A stretch of 64,000 nucleotides of DNA, taken from the IMG/VR virus record IMGVR_UViG_3300020577_004340, positions 32,001-96,000 of that record, one strand, 5' to 3'. Positions 18,528-29,511 of the stretch are shown here, one piece after another. The notes beneath the pieces were generated by a model that saw only the letters and a list, made by a program, of their open reading frames with translations, made no database searches and was not told where the DNA came from. Position numbers and translations under genes: made by a program. The stretch comes from a virus. Lineage: Duplodnaviria; Caudoviricetes. Each line of letters opens with the position of its first letter. The stretch's first letter is position 1.

Positions 18528-21500
18528 ATGCCCGAACTTAATATTAAAAATAATATAGCAAATGTTAAGGCGGCGATTAATCAGCTAGACACAGCTGCCA
18601 AAAAACTATCAGATAACTCCAATGCAGTTATGTTGATATTGAAAGCTGTTGATAAAGGAATGTTAACAACTACAGATCAAATTAAAAAAGGATTGGAGTT
18701 AGCAGGAACAGGTATCTTTGATAAGAAAGATATTAAAGCATTTCAAAATCAATTAAATTTATCGGAAAAAAATGTTGAGGAATTATCTAGATATTGGGAA
18801 AAAATACGTACCATTTCCAAAGATAATTTAAAGAGTTCAATTGAGTTTAAAGAGATATATGCAGAGAATGGGGATATTGTTGATACTCTATTAAATACAT
18901 ATAGCCAAATAGGAACTCAACAGAAAGATAATTTGAGAATTGAACAAAAATCATTTGATTTAAGTTCCAATTTAGTTGATAAATTAAAACAATTTTCATC
19001 CAATTTCAATAAATTGACCCCTGTAACAAAGGGTGTTAATATAGATCTTAGTAACAGTATTGAATCATTGGCTAAGATGACAGCGGAATCAGTTAAATTA
19101 AGTAATTTATTTGACCCTGCTCCTTTTGATTGGGGGACTCTAGAACCTCAAATCAATGCCGCTAAAACATTGATTGATGCATTGGAACAGGGAAAAAGTT
19201 CAATTGAACTACCTGATATTGGTGAATTGGATACTGGTAATGCTGTTGAAGTGATTACCAAAGCTCATGATATTGCAGTTGGTATGATTAATCAAGAATC
19301 TGCTATAAGAATGCAGAAATTGAAGACATACATCGCTGCACAAATGGGATTCCAATACGATTTACAGAATCAAATATTAACAAATTTAAATACACAAGAA
19401 AAATTAAATAAATCATCGGCTAATGAAAAGATAGCTGAAATAGAAACGATTGCTAAAGAGATGGATTTGTTATCAGATAAACTGATAGTAATGGATTCGT
19501 TGAATGCCACTGATAAGACTGTTTTAATGCAAAAGTTAAGTGTATATGATGATATATCTAAACAATTATTAATTCAAAATACTTCAGCAAAAAATATTGA
19601 AAATACTCATTTGTCACAATTGGAGACACAAAAGAGTCAGGTTGATGTATTGAAATCAGTATCTAGGCAGATGGAATCTCTTAGAGATATATCATATTCT
19701 GTACAAGAAGGTATCCAATCAATGTTCTCTGCATTACCATATTCAATGCAAAATTTATTAGGAATCCAAAATGTATCGGCTGAAATAGGTAAGGCTACCA
19801 ATAAAGCAACAGAAGCTTGGTTAACTACTATTAAGGCAAGTAAAGGCCAAGTAGCACCAACCGCTTCATTTTTAAAATCATTTGGAACTTCGATAACAAC
19901 TGCAATTGGTCCATTAGGATTATTATTGGCTGGTGTCGGGTTGATAGCTGCTACATTAATGGGATTTGAAAATGCTGTAGGTGATATTGCAAAGGATTTT
20001 GGTATATCAAGAAAGAAGGCATTGGAATTATATGATGCTAATAATCAGTTACTTACATCATATGGAAATCAATTAGTATCACTTGAAGATATTAATGCTG
20101 TACAAAAAGCACATTTAGATACCTATGGGCGTACAATGGATGTTACAACTGAAGCTAATAAATCAGCAATTATGTTCGCATCTAATATGGCAAATGCATT
20201 CAACATACCAATTGAAGATGCTTATTCATTGTCATCAACAATGCAAAAACTCGGAGCCGACCAATCATTAGCAGAAAACTTAATTGCTAACATGGGTTAC
20301 ATATCAGAGATGGCAGGTATATCTCCAAATATTATATCAAAAGATTTATTGGAATCAGCAGACGAATTATCTTTATATTTTGCAAATCAGCCAAAACAGG
20401 CAATGAAAGCAACTATTGAGATTAGACGTATGGGTATGTCATTGAAAAAAGCTGGAGAAATTGCAACAAAAATGTTGGATATCGAAGGATTTATGACTGA
20501 TATGACTGAATTGGCTGCAATGACAAATGGTGGTTTGAATTTATCTAAAGCATTTGATTTGAGAATGAATGGTGATATTGAAGGTATGACCAAATCAATT
20601 ATGACAGAAATTGGAAGTCTACAAAATTTTAATAATCAATCAGAATTTGTACAGCGAAAATTAGCCAATACATTGAATATGAGTGTCTCAGAATTAAAGA
20701 ATTCCGTTAAATTAAATGAATTAAATAATTCTTTAAGTAAAGAAGAAAAGGCACTACTAGAATCCAAGCTAGGGTCAATAGGTGATATATCAGGTATGAA
20801 TGCAGACCAGCTTAAACAAAAGGCTCAAGAATTGGACAACCAACAAAGATTGAGTGTAGCATTTGGTAAATTAAAAGGGGTATTAATAACGGCATTATTT
20901 CCATTAATGGAGTCATTATCAAGAACTATTACTGATTTATCACCTGCGTTTGATATATTTATTGGAGGTGTTAAATTGGCATCTAAATTATTAACTCCAT
21001 TAATTTGGGTTGCCCAAGGATTTTTAATTCCATTTAAACTATTAGGAGTTGTTATAGGTAGGATTAATGATATTTTAGAAGATGTTGTAAACTTCTTTTC
21101 TAAGTTGACTGGCCAATCAACCACGTTAAACGGTACGTTAGATGTAACGAGTGGATTAATTAAAGGTATAGGAGCATATTTAGGAATTAAATATTTAGGA
21201 AAATTAATTGGTATTACTAATTTAATTGGTAAATTAACACAGACATCAAATGCGGCAAGTACAGTAACCGAATCATTTCAGAATATTGGAAAAAGCACTT
21301 CATTCTTATCTAAACTTAAAGGTATGTTGACTGGTGAAGGTAGTTTAATTGGAAAATTATTTGGAAAGAATATTGGTGAAACTACTGCTGGAACTATGTC
21401 TGAAACACTGACTAAGAAGAAAGGGTTAATTGGTAGAATATTTGATAAAATAAATCCATTTAAAGGGCCATCCAAAACGATTATTGAAGATACGATAACA

Positions 21501-23498
21501 ACTACTGAAAAATCTGGTAATATATTTTCCAAATTTTGGGAATTATTGAGTACTGGTTTTAGTAAAGTATCTGAAAAATTTATAGATGTGGCTAAATCAA
21601 TAGTTAAAGGGGCGAAACAATTAATAGGGTCGATAACCAGTACTATAACATCAATGGTAAAGAATATTCTTAGTACTATTGAAAATGTGGCGAATAGTGT
21701 TATTAATACAGTATTTAATATAGGTAAGAATATTGCCGATAAAATAGTTAAGTTATTTAATACAACCCTACCAGATTTAGGTAAAGGTATCGTTAAAATA
21801 ACCAATAAAATAGTTAGCGGAATATCACAGAGTTTTAACTCGATTATTGATATGTTATCAAAAGGAATTAAAACGGTAAGTTCAGCTGCTGGAAAATTAA
21901 TTGAAAATTTATTAACAGGTTTGAGTAATGGGTTAAATAAATTTAACACTAAATCATTGATAGGTGCTTCTACGTTATTAGTTGTGTCTGGTGCTTTATA
22001 TGTAACTGCAAAAGCGGTACAAGAGTTTATCAATGTGGATTGGGAATCATTAGGAAAAGCTGGCGCGTCACTTTTAGGGTTAACTGGAATAGCTATGTTA
22101 CTAGGTAATTCAGCCCCAATGGCAATAGCTGGAGCCGCTGCATTATTGTTATTATCAGCTGCCTTAATACCTATGGCATATGGATTGAATATGTTTAATG
22201 ATATTTCATGGGAATCATTAGGAAAAGCTGGAGTGGCTTTATTAGGATTAACGGCAGCTGTTATTGGTTTAGGGGCTATTATGTTATCGGGAGTAGGCGC
22301 CGCTGCAATAATATCAGGTACAATTGCTTTAGCTGCTATGGGTGTTGCATTAATGCCTATAGGTATAGCACTTAAAATGTTAAGTGGGGGTATTGATTCA
22401 TTGGCCAATGCTAATTGGGATGGATTAAATAAAGGTATCCCAATATTATTATCAATGAGTACATCATTGTTAGCATTTACATTACTAAGCCCAGGATTAA
22501 TTCTAAGTAGTTTTGCCGTATTAACTCTTGCAGGTAGTATATTAGCATTATCAGCTAGTTTAATTACATTACCATCGCTCAAAACAACGTTAAACGAGCC
22601 TTTAATAGGTCTTAATCAAATCGATTCTGGTAATATAATAAAATTATCGGGTGGGTTGATAGCATTGTCCGGCGCCTTGGCTATATTTTCTGGTGGTAAT
22701 TTGTTGACAACATTTGTCAATATGTTAGCTGGTAATCCATTCAAAGAATTACAAGTATTGGCAGATATGTCCAATCCAATAAAGACCGTAGCAGATTCAA
22801 TTGTTTTATTGGTTAGTTCATTAAGTGATTTAGGTGTAATAGTTAGTTCATTACAATTGGAAAAATTAGGCGACTTAAAAAATATTAGTGTTCCAGATAT
22901 TCAAAGAAGTGTGATGGCGTCAGCTGATATTAATACCAATAATACAATGTCAGATAAATTAACAAATAGGTTGGTTGACGCAAAACAAATTCAAACACCA
23001 ACTAAATTTACGACACCTACTTCAATTGAAAGGCCTATTAATAATAACAGTCAACTGAATGAAATAAATAAAAATTTCTTCAGACGAACTGATATTAATG
23101 CCGGTGGAAATAGTTTAGTTGATAATAAAATTATTGATGCTAAACAATTATACATTAATACTGATAAAATTATTCCTAAAGATAATATTAAACCAATTGT
23201 TGATAAACGATATGAAATGCAACCATTGGATAATAGACCGCAGATTAATGTAAATAATCCAGTACCTACTATTCGTCCAGAAAATACACAAACAGAAGTA
23301 ATTGATAAACCTACAACTCCAAAACAAACTCAAGTAAAATATCCTGATGTTAATCAAGATAATAATAGATTGGTATTTGTGTTAACACAAATATTAACAG
23401 AAATTAGAAATTCTAATGGGAAACCAATACAAGTAAATTTATCAGATGATACTTTAAAATCGATGAATAAAAAAATGAAGGCGTGGAATAATAATTAA
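18528..23498 (+). CDS. tape measure protein
   Basis: 1656 aa, helical, hydrophobic Ala/Gly/Leu repeats (WESLGKAG twice); follows tube and chaperone genes. Confidence 0.88.
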   Translation: MPELNIKNNIANVKAAINQLDTAAKKLSDNSNAVMLILKAVDKGMLTTTDQIKKGLELAGTGIFDKKDIKAFQNQLNLSEKNVEELSRYWEKIRTISKDNLKSSIEFKEIYAENGDIVDTLLNTYSQIGTQQKDNLRIEQKSFDLSSNLVDKLKQFSSNFNKLTPVTKGVNIDLSNSIESLAKMTAESVKLSNLFDPAPFDWGTLEPQINAAKTLIDALEQGKSSIELPDIGELDTGNAVEVITKAHDIAVGMINQESAIRMQKLKTYIAAQMGFQYDLQNQILTNLNTQEKLNKSSANEKIAEIETIAKEMDLLSDKLIVMDSLNATDKTVLMQKLSVYDDISKQLLIQNTSAKNIENTHLSQLETQKSQVDVLKSVSRQMESLRDISYSVQEGIQSMFSALPYSMQNLLGIQNVSAEIGKATNKATEAWLTTIKASKGQVAPTASFLKSFGTSITTAIGPLGLLLAGVGLIAATLMGFENAVGDIAKDFGISRKKALELYDANNQLLTSYGNQLVSLEDINAVQKAHLDTYGRTMDVTTEANKSAIMFASNMANAFNIPIEDAYSLSSTMQKLGADQSLAENLIANMGYISEMAGISPNIISKDLLESADELSLYFANQPKQAMKATIEIRRMGMSLKKAGEIATKMLDIEGFMTDMTELAAMTNGGLNLSKAFDLRMNGDIEGMTKSIMTEIGSLQNFNNQSEFVQRKLANTLNMSVSELKNSVKLNELNNSLSKEEKALLESKLGSIGDISGMNADQLKQKAQELDNQQRLSVAFGKLKGVLITALFPLMESLSRTITDLSPAFDIFIGGVKLASKLLTPLIWVAQGFLIPFKLLGVVIGRINDILEDVVNFFSKLTGQSTTLNGTLDVTSGLIKGIGAYLGIKYLGKLIGITNLIGKLTQTSNAASTVTESFQNIGKSTSFLSKLKGMLTGEGSLIGKLFGKNIGETTAGTMSETLTKKKGLIGRIFDKINPFKGPSKTIIEDTITTTEKSGNIFSKFWELLSTGFSKVSEKFIDVAKSIVKGAKQLIGSITSTITSMVKNILSTIENVANSVINTVFNIGKNIADKIVKLFNTTLPDLGKGIVKITNKIVSGISQSFNSIIDMLSKGIKTVSSAAGKLIENLLTGLSNGLNKFNTKSLIGASTLLVVSGALYVTAKAVQEFINVDWESLGKAGASLLGLTGIAMLLGNSAPMAIAGAAALLLLSAALIPMAYGLNMFNDISWESLGKAGVALLGLTAAVIGLGAIMLSGVGAAAIISGTIALAAMGVALMPIGIALKMLSGGIDSLANANWDGLNKGIPILLSMSTSLLAFTLLSPGLILSSFAVLTLAGSILALSASLITLPSLKTTLNEPLIGLNQIDSGNIIKLSGGLIALSGALAIFSGGNLLTTFVNMLAGNPFKELQVLADMSNPIKTVADSIVLLVSSLSDLGVIVSSLQLEKLGDLKNISVPDIQRSVMASADINTNNTMSDKLTNRLVDAKQIQTPTKFTTPTSIERPINNNSQLNEINKNFFRRTDINAGGNSLVDNKIIDAKQLYINTDKIIPKDNIKPIVDKRYEMQPLDNRPQINVNNPVPTIRPENTQTEVIDKPTTPKQTQVKYPDVNQDNNRLVFVLTQILTEIRNSNGKPIQVNLSDDTLKSMNKKMKAWNNN

Positions 23499-23504
23499 AT
23501 AATA

Positions 23505-23536
23505 TTTGGAAATATGAAATAATTTTATTATATTCA
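23505..23536 (+). promoter_or_regulatory. variant Bacteroidota-type promoter
   Basis: TTTGGAAA...N20...TATATTCA. Confidence 0.5.
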
Positions 23537-23545
23537 AGAATAAAT

Positions 23546-24121
23546 ATGAGTTCAACATTAAGAGCAGGCGGTACATTATTTGCGTTTTATCCAATTCCAC
23601 CTAATTCTGGAATATGGAATAACAAAAAAAATAATGAAAATTTAATTCAGTTCAGGGCATTGATTACCAATATATCTGACTCTTCATCTCCACAATGGGG
23701 GGAGTCATTAGATATGGGTAGAGCTGACCCGAAATATATGTATCAATCGTATAGTAGAGTATTAACTGTTGAATTTATGACAGCTGCGTTGTACAAAGAT
23801 GAGCATTGGGGCTGGATAAATACATTGAATAGCTTAGTAGAAATGACGAAACCGATTTATAAAAATAATCTTGGTTATAATGGTGTCTATACCCAGATGA
23901 TAATAGGTGAATTGTATAATGAAATTGGAGTGTTACAATCAGTTGATTTTACTATTAACAATGAGACTCCATGGAAAGATGATATTCCAATGTACATTCA
24001 ATGTTCATTATCATTGAAAATTATTGGAAAAAATAAACCAAATTATAAAAAGAATTCTGGAAATTTAGGTACTCGTCCTAACAAGACAGGTAAATTTAAA
24101 TATGGGGAATGGTATAAATAA
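23546..24121 (+). CDS. baseplate/tube initiator protein
   Basis: IQFRA.IT.ISD...P.W.....GR.DP.Y.Y..YSR; position after tape measure. Confidence 0.65.
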   Translation: MSSTLRAGGTLFAFYPIPPNSGIWNNKKNNENLIQFRALITNISDSSSPQWGESLDMGRADPKYMYQSYSRVLTVEFMTAALYKDEHWGWINTLNSLVEMTKPIYKNNLGYNGVYTQMIIGELYNEIGVLQSVDFTINNETPWKDDIPMYIQCSLSLKIIGKNKPNYKKNSGNLGTRPNKTGKFKYGEWYK

Positions 24122-24429
24122 TGAGATATTCAGATAATGTACAGTTAATTAATGAATTGAGGCGGGGTAAAACTAAACGTAGATACGAAACGATGTTATA
24201 TCCTACTATCCCAATAAGTGATAAAGATACTTATATAATATCGACCGCAGGGGCTAGATGTGATAATTTGGCATATGAATACTATCGAGATCAGCGATTG
24301 TGGTGGGTTATATCCAGGGCAAATGATTTACCAGTTGGGGCTTTTATGATTCCTCCTGCACGTAGAATTAGAATTCCTGATATTAATTCATTTCAAATTA
24401 AAACTTTAATACAAGATAATCAATATTAA
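24121..24429 (+). CDS. LysM-like baseplate wedge protein (gp53/gpX-like)
   Basis: R.DNLAYEYY.D..LWW.I.RAN......IRIP. Confidence 0.75.
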   Translation: MRYSDNVQLINELRRGKTKRRYETMLYPTIPISDKDTYIISTAGARCDNLAYEYYRDQRLWWVISRANDLPVGAFMIPPARRIRIPDINSFQIKTLIQDNQY

Positions 24430-26428
24430 TGAATCCATTCAGACGAAATCCAACAGGAAACGCAATATCTGATTTAAAAGCTAGGGCTTCTAAATATAGA
24501 AATGGGCCACATTACGATGCGGCTACTAGAAATCCGGCATGGATTCGTATTACTGGGAAAGGTCCAAAAGCAGGAAAGTCGGGAACTTATACAATACCAA
24601 AAGAACAAAATACATTTGCTGAGGCATACGGCAATCATTTTAAACCATCCCCAATACTATCAGATGCTACAATAACATTTGGTGGAGATTTTGGGTTGAC
24701 TATGACTTTAGAGGCAACTATTGAATGTCATTTAAAATCCGATTTTGAATTAGTAGAGAAGGCATTTTTATATCCGGGGTCAATAATTGATTTATCATTT
24801 GGTTATGGGAATCCTAGACCATCTGGATATTCTGACGGTCATAAATTTACTGGATTCAGAACTGCTACATATTCATTTAATACAACTGAACAGGGATTTT
24901 GGATTGCAAAATTTAAGGCAGTTGCTCCATCCGAAGCGGCTAAGACATTGGATATGTCAACATCGATATTTGCTAGTAATCTAACGTATTTAGATGGCGG
25001 AAAGACATATAAAGTGCATGGTATAGCTGAATTAATGGCACATGATGCTCAAGTTAATGGTCAGAAATCTATTGATGAATTGGCAGACGGTGAAACAATT
25101 ACCTCATTTAAATCACATGGATATAAAGAATCGCCTGGTGCTTGTGTTGTATTTACATCAGACCATTTAAAATCGGGTGGAGTAATGGCAAACTTCGCAG
25201 CTTCAATGATGGCAACGATTGGCGGTAGTACTTCAAGTGAAGTTACGGAATCTAAGAATATTCCGTATTATACACTTGAATATCTTGTTAACCGGGTAAT
25301 TATGGGTCAATTGAAAGAAACTCAGAACGCAGGAATCCATCCAAAAGATAAAGACGATTTTAAGAAAGTATCAATTAAATTTCATCCTAAATATTCGAAA
25401 TCGATTATAGATTTAAATATTCGAAATCGATTATAGATTTCCATATACAATCAGGGAGTCCAACAAAAATACTTTTATTAGGGTCTTCTTTAGGGGATTA
25501 TTTAAATTCAAAAGGTGCCGGGAAGAATTTTGAGAAAGCTCCTGCTATTAAATTAGGTTCTGTAAAATGTGTCACTAAAACAGAATCAGGTAAGAATGAA
25601 ATCGATTTCAAAAAAATATTAATTGAACGTTCTACTATATTAGCCGCATTAGGTGATATAGATAAAGCAAGACCACAGGCTAATAATACAGATGTTAAAC
25701 AATTTCAAGAAGGTGTTATTAATGTAGAGACCTTTTTAAATAATGTATTCAATCAAATAAAAGCAGCAACTGGTGGGGCAATTGCATTAAGATTAATTCA
25801 AAATCCAGATGAAGGAGATTCAGCAAAATTTGAACAGATTATTATAGATGAGAATTATGGTGTGGCTGATACTCTACAATGTATTGTATTTGACCCAATA
25901 GATGGTGATGGGTCAACTAGAACATGTTCAGTATCTTCCGGTGTAGGGTCACAAGAATATAAAGCTGGAATGTTTGCTGGTGCAATGAGAAAGGGAGATT
26001 CTGTAATGGCGGCTAAAGAAGCTTATTCAGATGTCGAACCCCAACGGGCTATTCAGTATGCCAAAGAAGTAATTAAACAAAAGGAAATAGTCAAAAGCCC
26101 AGGTGCATTAGGAGATTCACATTTTGACGCAGTACAACAAGATGCGTTGATGAATTGTATGGGGTCATTGCGACAAACGAGCCAAAACTCAGATAAATAT
26201 GATTTAAGTATGTATCCTGGAATGGGCATCGATGTATCATTAGACGGGGTTTGGGGGTTTGTTCCAGGAAATGCAATATCATCTACCCAATTAACATCTG
26301 GTTATTTTAAGACGAATTATTTCTTTGTGAAACAAGTTGTTCATACATTTTCCCAGTCAGATTGGGAAACTAAAATATCCGGTATATTATCTTTTTATTC
26401 TAATATTAAATATAATTATTTGAATTAA
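24429..26428 (+). pseudogene. baseplate hub-like gene frameshifted by a 26-bp tandem duplication (657 aa if restored)
   Basis: ORFs 24429..25436 and 25862..26428 join into one open frame when one repeat copy is removed. Confidence 0.75.
25389..25440 (+). repeat. perfect 26-bp tandem duplication
   Basis: AAATATTCGAAATCGATTATAGATTT twice. Confidence 0.95.
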
Positions 26429-26429
26429 T

Positions 26430-26984
26430 ATGTTACAAAAACCATATTTCGCCCCCCACCAAATACAAAGTGGTCAATACACATCAGGTAATGAATTTGT
26501 AGATGAATCTGGTAATGATTACATTGGGTTATATCATATATTACCTACTGGACAATGTTTTACAGAATCAACACAAACTGATAAATCAATTCTGTTATTA
26601 AAAAAACGTCTCGATTTGAGTGAATCTGGAAAAGTATTTAATAAAATTACTGATTTCAAAACTTTTAATTATGTATTACCTAAATCATATTTCCCACAAT
26701 TGACACCTAATGAATATGCAGCTGGACTTTTTACTCGATATTTCGTTCAGAAAAAAAACAATCCAATTTCAACAATTATGGAAATTGATGTTGAACAATA
26801 TGATAGTATTAATAATATCAATCAAGTTGGCATCAATGGGAATATCTATAATAAATGTATGGTAATTTGGAGAGTGTCTGGTCCTAAGGTTGACAGTTGG
26901 AATAAATTTTCTGTTTCAGTTGCACAACGAAATTTTCCATATTTAGAAACTTTCTTTACTAATTATTTGGAATTCACAAAATAA
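26430..26984 (+). CDS. hypothetical (baseplate-region) protein
   Basis: YT.G.EF.....Y.G.YH, G.F.RYF motifs; coupled to upstream gene. Confidence 0.6.
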   Translation: MLQKPYFAPHQIQSGQYTSGNEFVDESGNDYIGLYHILPTGQCFTESTQTDKSILLLKKRLDLSESGKVFNKITDFKTFNYVLPKSYFPQLTPNEYAAGLFTRYFVQKKNNPISTIMEIDVEQYDSINNINQVGINGNIYNKCMVIWRVSGPKVDSWNKFSVSVAQRNFPYLETFFTNYLEFTK

Positions 26985-26997
26985 ATTTGTATATTAA
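26966..26997 (+). promoter_or_regulatory. variant Bacteroidota-type promoter
   Basis: TTTGGAA...N20...TATATTAA. Confidence 0.55.
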
Positions 26998-27013
26998 TAA
27001 TAAATAATAAAAT

Positions 27014-28198
27014 ATGATAAGTGCAAAAGTCATTAAACATTCTATTACTACCTTTTCCGAAGAAATTGCGACGTTAAAATTAGTATTTCCTAGATTTATC
27101 TTATCTGAATTGAATACACATAGAGTGTTTACTAAAAATTCGGCGTCAAGTCGAGCAATACCATTTCTTAAAATGGTTAAAACAGTAAAAGAAAATACCT
27201 TTATACCAATAGCATATCAGAAGAACCACTCAGGTATGCAAGGTACTGAATATTTATCCAAATCGGTTAAATATGGGTTAACGGCATTTATAGGTACGTT
27301 AATTGATACTTTACAAACTTTTACGAAAGATTCTAAAGATTATGATGTATTAAAGGCGGAAGTGGATGAAAAAGTTGCGATGATAGAAACTACATTGCTA
27401 CCATATAAATTTCAAGAAAAAACTTTAGATGAATGGTGGTTATTTGCAAGAGACAAAGCAATAGAAGCAGCTTGTATTATGTATTGTTTCGGGGTCACTA
27501 AGCAACTCTGTAATCGATTATTAGAACCTTTTATGTGGCATTCAGTTATTTTAACAGCAACTGAATTTGAAAACTTTTTTAAACAAAGATGTCCTAAATA
27601 TGCTCTCTTTTCTGAAAATATTCCTATCGAATTTAGAAGTAAAAAAGATTTACTTAGATATGTTAAACAAGTTGAGGCGCCAGAATTTAAAGATTCATAT
27701 GATAATCTTACACAATTAGAATGGTTGGAAATAAACGAAGGCCAAGCAGAAATACATATGATGGCTCTAGCTGAAGCTATGTGGGATGCTTTAAATGAAA
27801 GTACTCCACAATTACTACAACCAGGAGAGTGGCATATTCCTTATGAGGAATTAATAGATGTAAAAAGTATTCATCCATTAGATTATAAAACTAAAGATTC
27901 ATTTACACCAATTAAAGTTTCTACCGCAATGTGTGCGAGGGAGTCATATACTACAATTGGCGATGAGAAAGAGTTTACTATTGAAAAACAAATAGCTCTA
28001 CATGATAAATTAATTAATTCAGATCCAAAACATTGGTCTCCTACAGAACATTGTTCTAAAGCAATGACAGCTGTAGAAAGAATGAAGTTTCTTGTTACAT
28101 ACGAGGATTCAAAAGGAAATTATTCGATAAAATATGGAGTATGTAGAAATTATACTGGATTTATCCAATACAGACATTTGCTAGATACGGGAGTATGA
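27014..28198 (+). CDS. thyX: FAD-dependent thymidylate synthase (phage ThyX/Thy1 type)
   Basis: PRFI..E.NTHR.F.KNSASSRAIP, KQ..NRLLEP, AQAEI-like, CAR.SY, H.SP.EH. Confidence 0.8.
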   Translation: MISAKVIKHSITTFSEEIATLKLVFPRFILSELNTHRVFTKNSASSRAIPFLKMVKTVKENTFIPIAYQKNHSGMQGTEYLSKSVKYGLTAFIGTLIDTLQTFTKDSKDYDVLKAEVDEKVAMIETTLLPYKFQEKTLDEWWLFARDKAIEAACIMYCFGVTKQLCNRLLEPFMWHSVILTATEFENFFKQRCPKYALFSENIPIEFRSKKDLLRYVKQVEAPEFKDSYDNLTQLEWLEINEGQAEIHMMALAEAMWDALNESTPQLLQPGEWHIPYEELIDVKSIHPLDYKTKDSFTPIKVSTAMCARESYTTIGDEKEFTIEKQIALHDKLINSDPKHWSPTEHCSKAMTAVERMKFLVTYEDSKGNYSIKYGVCRNYTGFIQYRHLLDTGV

Positions 28199-29511
28199 CA
28201 TATATAGAAGAATTATCTGAACATAACATAGATAGTTTGGCTGATGATTCTTTAATATTAATACCAGTTTTATCCGATTATAATAACCATTGGGTTGTTA
28301 ATGATATATCATTTGTGTATGTTTATCATATAATTAAGCGAAAGGGTTATATATTAAATATACATCATAACGATTATTCACCCAACTCAATTAAATTGTT
28401 GGATAGATTGTCTGGCGTTAAATTTATATATAAAAAGAATTTACTCAATCTATCTAATTCATATGATTTGGAATTATGTTATTGGTTTTATTCTAATGAA
28501 CCTGGAATACAATACAGAGTACAGAATAAAATATCTACGTATTATAAATGGTACGGCGATAAAAAAAATATTAATAACATAATTCCAATATATAATTTTT
28601 TGGAAACATTTAATATCATTGTTAATATTTTCATGACAATATACGATGACATTGAATTGAATTTCTCATTAAATTTTTATCAAAATATTTACAATACATT
28701 AAAGACGATTGAAAAAAATGGAATATGTGTTGATAGAAAAATTATATTAAATAAATTCAGGAAGAATGTAGATGTAGTGTATTCGGAATATAACTTATAC
28801 ACGAGTACCGGACGACCATCTAATAGATTTGGTGGTATAAATTTTGCAGCATTGCCAAAAGATAATGGGACTCGTAAGATGATTATTCCTGAAAAAAATA
28901 ACAATATATTAATTGAATTTGATTACGATTCATTCCATATTAGATTGGCATCTAAATTAATTAAATATCGACTACCTGATATGAATTTACATGAATATTT
29001 TGGTATGCAATATTTCGGGAAAACTGAATTGACTGATGAAGAATATACACTTGCAAAAAATTTATCTTTTAGGTTATTAAATGGCGCCCGGAATATTGAA
29101 TTTGATGATATCGTATTTTTTGAAAAAATATATGAATATAGAGAAAAGTTGTGGGATGAATATATTAAAAATGGATATATTGAATTACCATTATCAAAGA
29201 GAAAATTAAAAAAAGAGTATTATGAAAATATGTCTGAATCTAAATTATTTAATTATGTATTACAGGCAACAGAAACTGAATTTAATTCAATAATATTGGA
29301 TAAAATTAATACTTATTTACACACACAATCCAGTAAATTGATTTTATACACATATGATTCTTTTTTAATTGATTTTGATTTATCAGATGGAAGAAAGTGT
29401 ATTGAAGAATTAATAAAAATATTGGATATCAACGGGTTCCATGTTAAAATGAAATGTGGAAATACATATGATGATATGCTTTTAAAACAAATTAATACCA
29501 ATGGAAAATAA
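28195..29511 (+). CDS. short family A DNA polymerase-like protein
   Basis: T.TGRPS, EFDYDS.H.R (motif A), NY..QA.ETE, LYTYDSF (motif C variant). Confidence 0.7.
   Translation: MTYIEELSEHNIDSLADDSLILIPVLSDYNNHWVVNDISFVYVYHIIKRKGYILNIHHNDYSPNSIKLLDRLSGVKFIYKKNLLNLSNSYDLELCYWFYSNEPGIQYRVQNKISTYYKWYGDKKNINNIIPIYNFLETFNIIVNIFMTIYDDIELNFSLNFYQNIYNTLKTIEKNGICVDRKIILNKFRKNVDVVYSEYNLYTSTGRPSNRFGGINFAALPKDNGTRKMIIPEKNNNILIEFDYDSFHIRLASKLIKYRLPDMNLHEYFGMQYFGKTELTDEEYTLAKNLSFRLLNGARNIEFDDIVFFEKIYEYREKLWDEYIKNGYIELPLSKRKLKKEYYENMSESKLFNYVLQATETEFNSIILDKINTYLHTQSSKLILYTYDSFLIDFDLSDGRKCIEELIKILDINGFHVKMKCGNTYDDMLLKQINTNGK

Noticed and set aside
22040-22240. Repeated TGGGAATCATTAGGAAAAGCTGG
   Set aside because: Internal protein repeat of the tape measure (WESLGKAG), which is ordinary
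21278-22582. 434-aa minus-strand ORF and the many other minus-strand ORFs
   Set aside because: They are antisense shadows of well-supported + strand genes and have no recognisable motifs
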